Source of the DNA: Candidatus Binatia bacterium
Lineage (GTDB): Bacteria; Desulfobacterota; Binatia; UBA1149
Assembly (NCBI GenBank): GCA_046754245.1
Contig: JBHHVL010000007.1
Span: 3,981 to 67,980 of the forward strand
Length of the DNA stretch: 64,000 bases
Direction: 5' to 3'
The stretch's first letter is position 1, and each line of letters begins with the position of its first letter. The notes under the pieces are model-generated. The model was not told the DNA's origin. It saw nothing but the letters and a program-made list of their open reading frames with translations, and searched no databases. A program made the translations under genes and the position numbers. Below, piece after piece: positions 63,808-64,000 of this stretch.

Positions 63808-64000
63808 CGGCGCGGCGGCGCTCCGTCTACGTATCCCAAACCACGCAGCTGCTCCCATGTAGAATCGTCTACCGGGAGATCCGAACCCTCCCGAGCTTCG
63901 GACTCGTAACTCACAACGGTAGCCGGGGTCGTGGCCCTCGCCTCCAGCACCGTCGCGATCATGTCGCCATCCATGTCGCTGGCTAGCGGCATCCCCAACA
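63804..64000 (-). CDS. C-terminal fragment of a gene extending beyond the window (possible sulfatase / alkaline-phosphatase-superfamily C-terminus)
   Basis: ...DDSTWEQLRGLGYVDGAPPRR* resembles the C-terminal ...LRxLGYV tail of sulfatase-family enzymes. Only about 64 codons are present. Confidence 0.25.
   Translation of the reverse strand, partial: LGMPLASDMDGDMIATVLEARATTPATVVSYESEAREGSDLPVDDSTWEQLRGLGYVDGAPPRR

Overview
High-GC bacterial chromosomal segment (roughly two-thirds G+C by eye; not computed) that is densely packed with housekeeping genes, most of them on the minus strand. Gene order from left to right: a fatty-acid beta-oxidation cluster; an ectoine biosynthesis locus in an unusual split and divergent layout (ectA-ectB on the minus strand, a MarR/EctR-like regulator followed by ectC on the plus strand); a roughly 0.85-kb lower-GC islet carrying an acidic small ORF with a frameshift-like discontinuity, then three perfect copies of a 23-bp palindromic repeat; lepA-lepB; a nucleotide-sugar / polyprenyl-phosphate glycosyltransferase cluster (ugd, UDP-xylose synthase, 4-epimerase, GtrB/ArnC-like GT2) together with PfkB kinase, MTA phosphorylase and a DAGK-like lipid kinase; rlmN and ndk; a TCA-cycle block (sucDC, sdhBAC, mdh, icd); an EF-G paralogue with non-canonical GTPase motifs; coaX-birA-nadC-valS; tRNA-Leu(CAG); tatA; a tightly coupled lipoprotein-folD-gcvT-gcvH-gcvPA-gcvPB operon downstream of aspS-hisS; comEC; uvrC and uvrB; a secreted Cys-less superoxide-reductase-like protein; and a complete Tad/Flp pilus locus with two tandem flp pilin genes, one of which is under 60 aa and therefore missing from the ORF track. 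No CRISPR array, integrase, rRNA or obvious prophage was seen. The most unusual items are the ect gene arrangement, the low-GC islet with its repeat cluster, the EF-G paralogue with a Ras-like DTPGQ motif, and the Cys-less secreted SOR-like protein. No single convincingly novel multi-gene system could be demonstrated from sequence alone.
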